Part shown: one piece after another, positions 46,639 to 49,846 of the stretch | Numbering within the stretch: position 1 is the stretch's first letter | Layout of the letters: each line of letters begins with the position of its first letter | Program-made: the position numbers and the translations under genes | Assembly (NCBI GenBank): GCA_043718025.1 | Contig: JAYSWN010000177.1 | Coordinates: 1 to 49,846, forward strand | From: Pseudomonadota bacterium | GTDB taxonomy: Bacteria; Bdellovibrionota; FAC87; UBA2466 | Reading direction: 5' to 3' | Length of the DNA: 49,846 nt | Notes under the pieces: model-generated | What the model was told of the DNA's origin: nothing | The model's input: only the letters and a program-made list of their open reading frames with translations | Database searches by the model: none

Positions 46639-47787
46639 TTGAAGCCGGTTAATCCTATTGTCGATTCGTTTGTTGAGTCAGCCTTTTCTCAAATCACCCA
46701 AGCGGCCATTAAAGAACAAGCCGTAAATTTGGCCCAGGGTTTTCCTGACTTCGAAGGGCCCGACTGGGCCCTTGCCGCCGCAAAAGCGGCCCTGTCGTCG
46801 GGCAAAAATCAGTACGCTCCCTCGTACGGTATTCTTCCCCTGCGTGAAGCCATCGCGAAGAATTACTCCCACTTTTATTCTCTTCATTACGATCCCAAGC
46901 ACGAAGTCGTAGTCACCAGCGGCGCGACCGAAGCCATCTTTTGCGCGGTGGCGGCGCTGATTCAACCCGGTGATGAAGCCATCGTTTTTGAACCGGTCTA
47001 CGATTCCTACATTGCTTCTCTGCGCATGGCGGGGGCTACGATCAAAGTAGTGACTTTGAAAGCCCCGGATTTTCTGTACGACGCGGCGGCCGTCGAAGCG
47101 CTTATCACCTCAAAAACCAAACTTTTAATTCTCAATAATCCGCATAACCCCACCGGCCGGGTGGCGAGCCAAACAGAGCTTTCTGACTTGTCGGCGTTGG
47201 TCGTAAAACATGACCTCTATGCGGTGAGTGACGAAGTTTACGAGTTTCTTACCTTTGAATCGCCGCATCTACCGCTGGCCTCACTGCCAGGAATGCGCGA
47301 ACGAACCGTAACCATTTCTTCGGTCGGCAAAACCTTAAGCCTCACGGGCTGGAAAATTGGCTGGGCGTGTGGCCCCGTACCATTGATCAAGGCAATTCAT
47401 AACGCCCACCAGTTTGTTACTTTTTGCGTGGCCCATCCCCTCCAGCATGCGATTGCCGAAGCGTTGGCAGAGATGCCCCGTTACGTTCCACAGTTTCAAA
47501 AAGATTACCGCGGGCGTCGCGATCTGTTGGTGCCGGGCTTAAAAAAGTTAGGTTTCAATGTGATGATGCCGCAGGGGAGTTACTTTGCCCTGGCGCGTGT
47601 GCCTCAGGGTAAGACCGATTGGGATCTGGCGCGAGAGTTAATCGCTAAACACAAAGTGGCTACTATCCCCACGTCGGTGTTTTACGTGAATTCAGATGAG
47701 GGTAGCCGCCTGATTCGATTTTGCTTCGCAAAAAAATTAGAAACTTTGCAGTTGGCGCTCGATAGGCTGGCCGGGGTGGAGTTATGA
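46639..47787 (+). CDS. PLP-dependent class I/II aminotransferase (YbdL-like; probable MtnE of methionine salvage)
   Basis: NLAQGFPDF, NNPHNPTG, SDEVYE, SVGKTLSLTGWKIGW, RFCFAK; GGAGG SD with TTG start; overlaps mtnB. Confidence 0.88.
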   Translation: MKPVNPIVDSFVESAFSQITQAAIKEQAVNLAQGFPDFEGPDWALAAAKAALSSGKNQYAPSYGILPLREAIAKNYSHFYSLHYDPKHEVVVTSGATEAIFCAVAALIQPGDEAIVFEPVYDSYIASLRMAGATIKVVTLKAPDFLYDAAAVEALITSKTKLLILNNPHNPTGRVASQTELSDLSALVVKHDLYAVSDEVYEFLTFESPHLPLASLPGMRERTVTISSVGKTLSLTGWKIGWACGPVPLIKAIHNAHQFVTFCVAHPLQHAIAEALAEMPRYVPQFQKDYRGRRDLLVPGLKKLGFNVMMPQGSYFALARVPQGKTDWDLARELIAKHKVATIPTSVFYVNSDEGSRLIRFCFAKKLETLQLALDRLAGVEL

Positions 47788-48431
47788 TTTCGCTCGTATC
47801 GGCTGACCTTGAATCGACCAAACGGCTGGCCTCTTTAGTGCGCGATTTAAATGTGGGCGGCCACAATCCAGCCACCAGCGGTAACTACTCGCTGCGCTCA
47901 AAAACTTCGACAGAGTTTTGTTTGGTTTCTGAATCGGGTGTGGATAAAGCGCAATTTAATGAGCAAAACTTTTTGCCGGTTCGTTACGACAATCTTGGCC
48001 TACACGATAGTTTGGCAAACTCCGGACGCCGAAGCTCAGCAGAAACCGCGGTTCACGTAAGTGTATATCGCGCTACCGAGGCAAACTGCGTGTTGCACAG
48101 CCACCTGCTGGAGGCGCTGTTTTTTGCCGATCTCTATCCCGGGCAAGCGGTGATTCATGTCGAAGGCATGGAACTGCTCAAGGGATTTAAGGGCATCGTG
48201 ACTCACGAGAGCCGGGTAGCGATTCCCTGTTTTGACAACACCCAAGACATGGTCGGACTGTCAGAAAAAATCGAGGCGGCGCTCGCAGATGAGGAACGCC
48301 GCTATGGCCTGTTGTTGCGGCGGCATGGGCTTTACGTATGGGGAGACAGCGTTGAGGACGCTAAGCGGCACCTCGAAGTTTTTGAGTACCTGTTTAAGTA
48401 CTATTTGCATCATCAAGGGAGACTGTCGTGA
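47784..48431 (+). CDS. mtnB: Methylthioribulose-1-phosphate dehydratase
   Basis: ATSGNYS, SGVDK, SAETAVH, LHSH, HGLYVWG, HLEVFEYLF. Confidence 0.93.
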   Translation: MISLVSADLESTKRLASLVRDLNVGGHNPATSGNYSLRSKTSTEFCLVSESGVDKAQFNEQNFLPVRYDNLGLHDSLANSGRRSSAETAVHVSVYRATEANCVLHSHLLEALFFADLYPGQAVIHVEGMELLKGFKGIVTHESRVAIPCFDNTQDMVGLSEKIEAALADEERRYGLLLRRHGLYVWGDSVEDAKRHLEVFEYLFKYYLHHQGRLS

Positions 48432-48979
48432 TCGTTGCCCAGCCACTGACGTCATTGCGACTGCCGGCCACCAAAGAGACGCTTACCGATTTTTTTCAGA
48501 TTCAGAAGTTCTTGAAGGAAAGGGGCGTTGCCCTTTCGCGTTGGCGAGCCTCATTAGAATTAAATGACGATGACACGCAAGAAAAGATTCTTGAGGCCTA
48601 CGCCCACGAACTTAGGCCCTTTATGGACGCAAACGGTTTTCTCAGCGCCGATGTCATTAATGTTCATCCCGGTACCGAAAACCTGCTGGCCATTCGCGAT
48701 AAATTTTTGAAGGAACACACCCACAGCGAGGACGAGGTGCGGTTTTTTGTAGAGGGGCAGGGGCAGTTCTGGTTTCACTTCGACGGCGGAGAGGTTGTTG
48801 GACTAACTTGCGTGCGCGGCGATTTTTTAGCGGTACCGCAGGGATACAAGCACTGGTTTGATTTGGCGCCAGGGTACCGGGTTAAGGCAATTCGTATTTT
48901 TACGAATAAAGAGGGGTGGGTGGCAAACTATACGAATTCGGGAGTCGAGGCCGCTTACGTAGCGTCATCAACAATATGA
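48428..48979 (+). CDS. mtnD: Acireductone dioxygenase
   Basis: KFLKEHTHSEDEVRFF, HWFD, AIRIFTNKEGWVA. Confidence 0.95.
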   Translation: MIVAQPLTSLRLPATKETLTDFFQIQKFLKERGVALSRWRASLELNDDDTQEKILEAYAHELRPFMDANGFLSADVINVHPGTENLLAIRDKFLKEHTHSEDEVRFFVEGQGQFWFHFDGGEVVGLTCVRGDFLAVPQGYKHWFDLAPGYRVKAIRIFTNKEGWVANYTNSGVEAAYVASSTI

Positions 48980-49650
48980 AATATATTTTGCTCGATATCG
49001 AGGGCACTACCACCTCAATAGATTTCGTTCATAAGGTTCTGTTTCCTTACTCCACCGCACGGATGGCCGAGTACCTTAAGGTTAATGCGGAGGTTCCGGT
49101 GGTCTCCAAACTCCTGGACGATGTAAGACACACCATCCTGGAAGAAGAGGGAGTAACGATTTCGCCGGCTGATTGCACGGCGGTTTTGTTGCGGTGGATT
49201 GCTGAAGATCGAAAGCATCCGGTGTTGAAATTGCTTCAAGGGTACCTTTGGCAGAGAGGGTATGAGTCAGGCGAGATTCAGGGACACGTGTACGAGGACG
49301 TACCCGTGGCGTTTGAGCGCTGGAAACGAAAGGGGTTAGGCCTCGGTATCTACTCTTCGGGTTCGGTGCTGGCGCAGCTTCTGATCTTTGGAAAAACGGC
49401 GTATGGCGATCTGAATCGTTACTTAGATAATAATTTCGATACGGAGGTAGGTGCAAAAAGGGAATCTGGCTCTTACACCCTAATTTCTCGGAAGTTAAAT
49501 TTGCCACCTTCCGAAATCCTATTCCTCTCCGACGTTGCCGAAGAGTTAACCGCCGCTAAGCACGCCGGGTTGATCGTTAAGCAAGTGGTGCGGGAAGGCA
49601 CGAAGCGCAGTTTGGGGTTTGCGGTGGTCACTGATTTCGCGTTGATTTAG
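48976..49650 (+). CDS. mtnC: Enolase-phosphatase E1
   Basis: LLDIEGTTT, LFPY, DRK, LKLLQG, YSSGS, LFLSD. Start ATG 48976 overlaps the mtnD stop. Confidence 0.95.
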   Translation: MKYILLDIEGTTTSIDFVHKVLFPYSTARMAEYLKVNAEVPVVSKLLDDVRHTILEEEGVTISPADCTAVLLRWIAEDRKHPVLKLLQGYLWQRGYESGEIQGHVYEDVPVAFERWKRKGLGLGIYSSGSVLAQLLIFGKTAYGDLNRYLDNNFDTEVGAKRESGSYTLISRKLNLPPSEILFLSDVAEELTAAKHAGLIVKQVVREGTKRSLGFAVVTDFALI

Positions 49651-49846
49651 TTTTTTGTACTACGGCGGCGATTGCTAATACGTAACAGCGGTAGTTGCGC
49701 CAATTTTTGCAGCGCCTCGTCGTTGGTTTGGGTTCTACCGAAAGGCTCATGGATAGAAGGTATAAACGGCCCTCCCAATAAACCCGAGGGCTCCCATCAG
49801 GTTGATGGTTACCTCAACAACGACCCGTTGTAGCGTAGCCGTTCAA

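Noticed and set aside
587..49507. Numerous short antisense or alternate-frame ORFs in the track (e.g. 18118-18690, 22389-22967, 41039-41548)
   Set aside because: They are shadows of well-supported genes, with no motifs or translation signals.
49651..49846. Partial gene at the right edge
   Set aside because: All three minus frames contain stops and no convincing plus ORF is present; at most a dozen terminal codons of an outside gene.
1..49846. CRISPR array, prophage, transposase or recognisable anti-phage defence operon
   Set aside because: No spaced direct-repeat array or hallmark proteins were seen. The PIN-PhoH and nucleotidyltransferase-like genes lack adjacent antitoxin or effector partners.

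Overview
A gene-dense chromosomal window of roughly mid-range GC (visual estimate). Gene content points to a Bdellovibrionota/deltaproteobacterial-type Gram-negative; this is inferred from carD-ispD-ispF-cysS, RHH-lepA-lepB, a three-PDZ RseP, a short EF-Ts and zapA-ygfA-ymdB-tyrS. Most of the window is housekeeping: icd (partial), an HtrA protease, maf-yggS-divIVA, MEP-pathway genes, rpsB-tsf-pyrH-frr-uppS-cdsA-dxr-rseP followed by a PIN-PhoH gene, uvrC, nfo, tyrS, tRNA-Leu(CAG), tRNA-Lys(TTT) and a methionine-salvage operon (aminotransferase-mtnB-mtnD-mtnC). Four things stand out. (1) A ~7 kb block at 26.1-33.0 kb holds a sensor-less hybrid kinase, an Hpt protein and a sigma54 enhancer-binding regulator among three sigma54 -24/-12 promoters, two of which head operons of small general-stress proteins (two CsbD, DUF1328, and a DUF3309 gene missed by the ORF track). 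(2) A sigma54-preceded, highly divergent CCA-adding/poly(A)-polymerase-like nucleotidyltransferase keeps its catalytic DxD but has rewritten nucleotide-selection motifs, and lies 21 bp upstream of an MFS exporter. (3) There are two non-autonomous repeat elements: a TIR-bounded MITE with a target duplication enclosing a branched palindrome, and a perfect 27-bp inverted-repeat REP/REPIN-like hairpin. (4) An RHH gene heading lepA-lepB looks leaderless and autoregulated. No CRISPR array, rRNA, integrase or transposase was seen. All family assignments come from recognising motifs by eye, without database searches.
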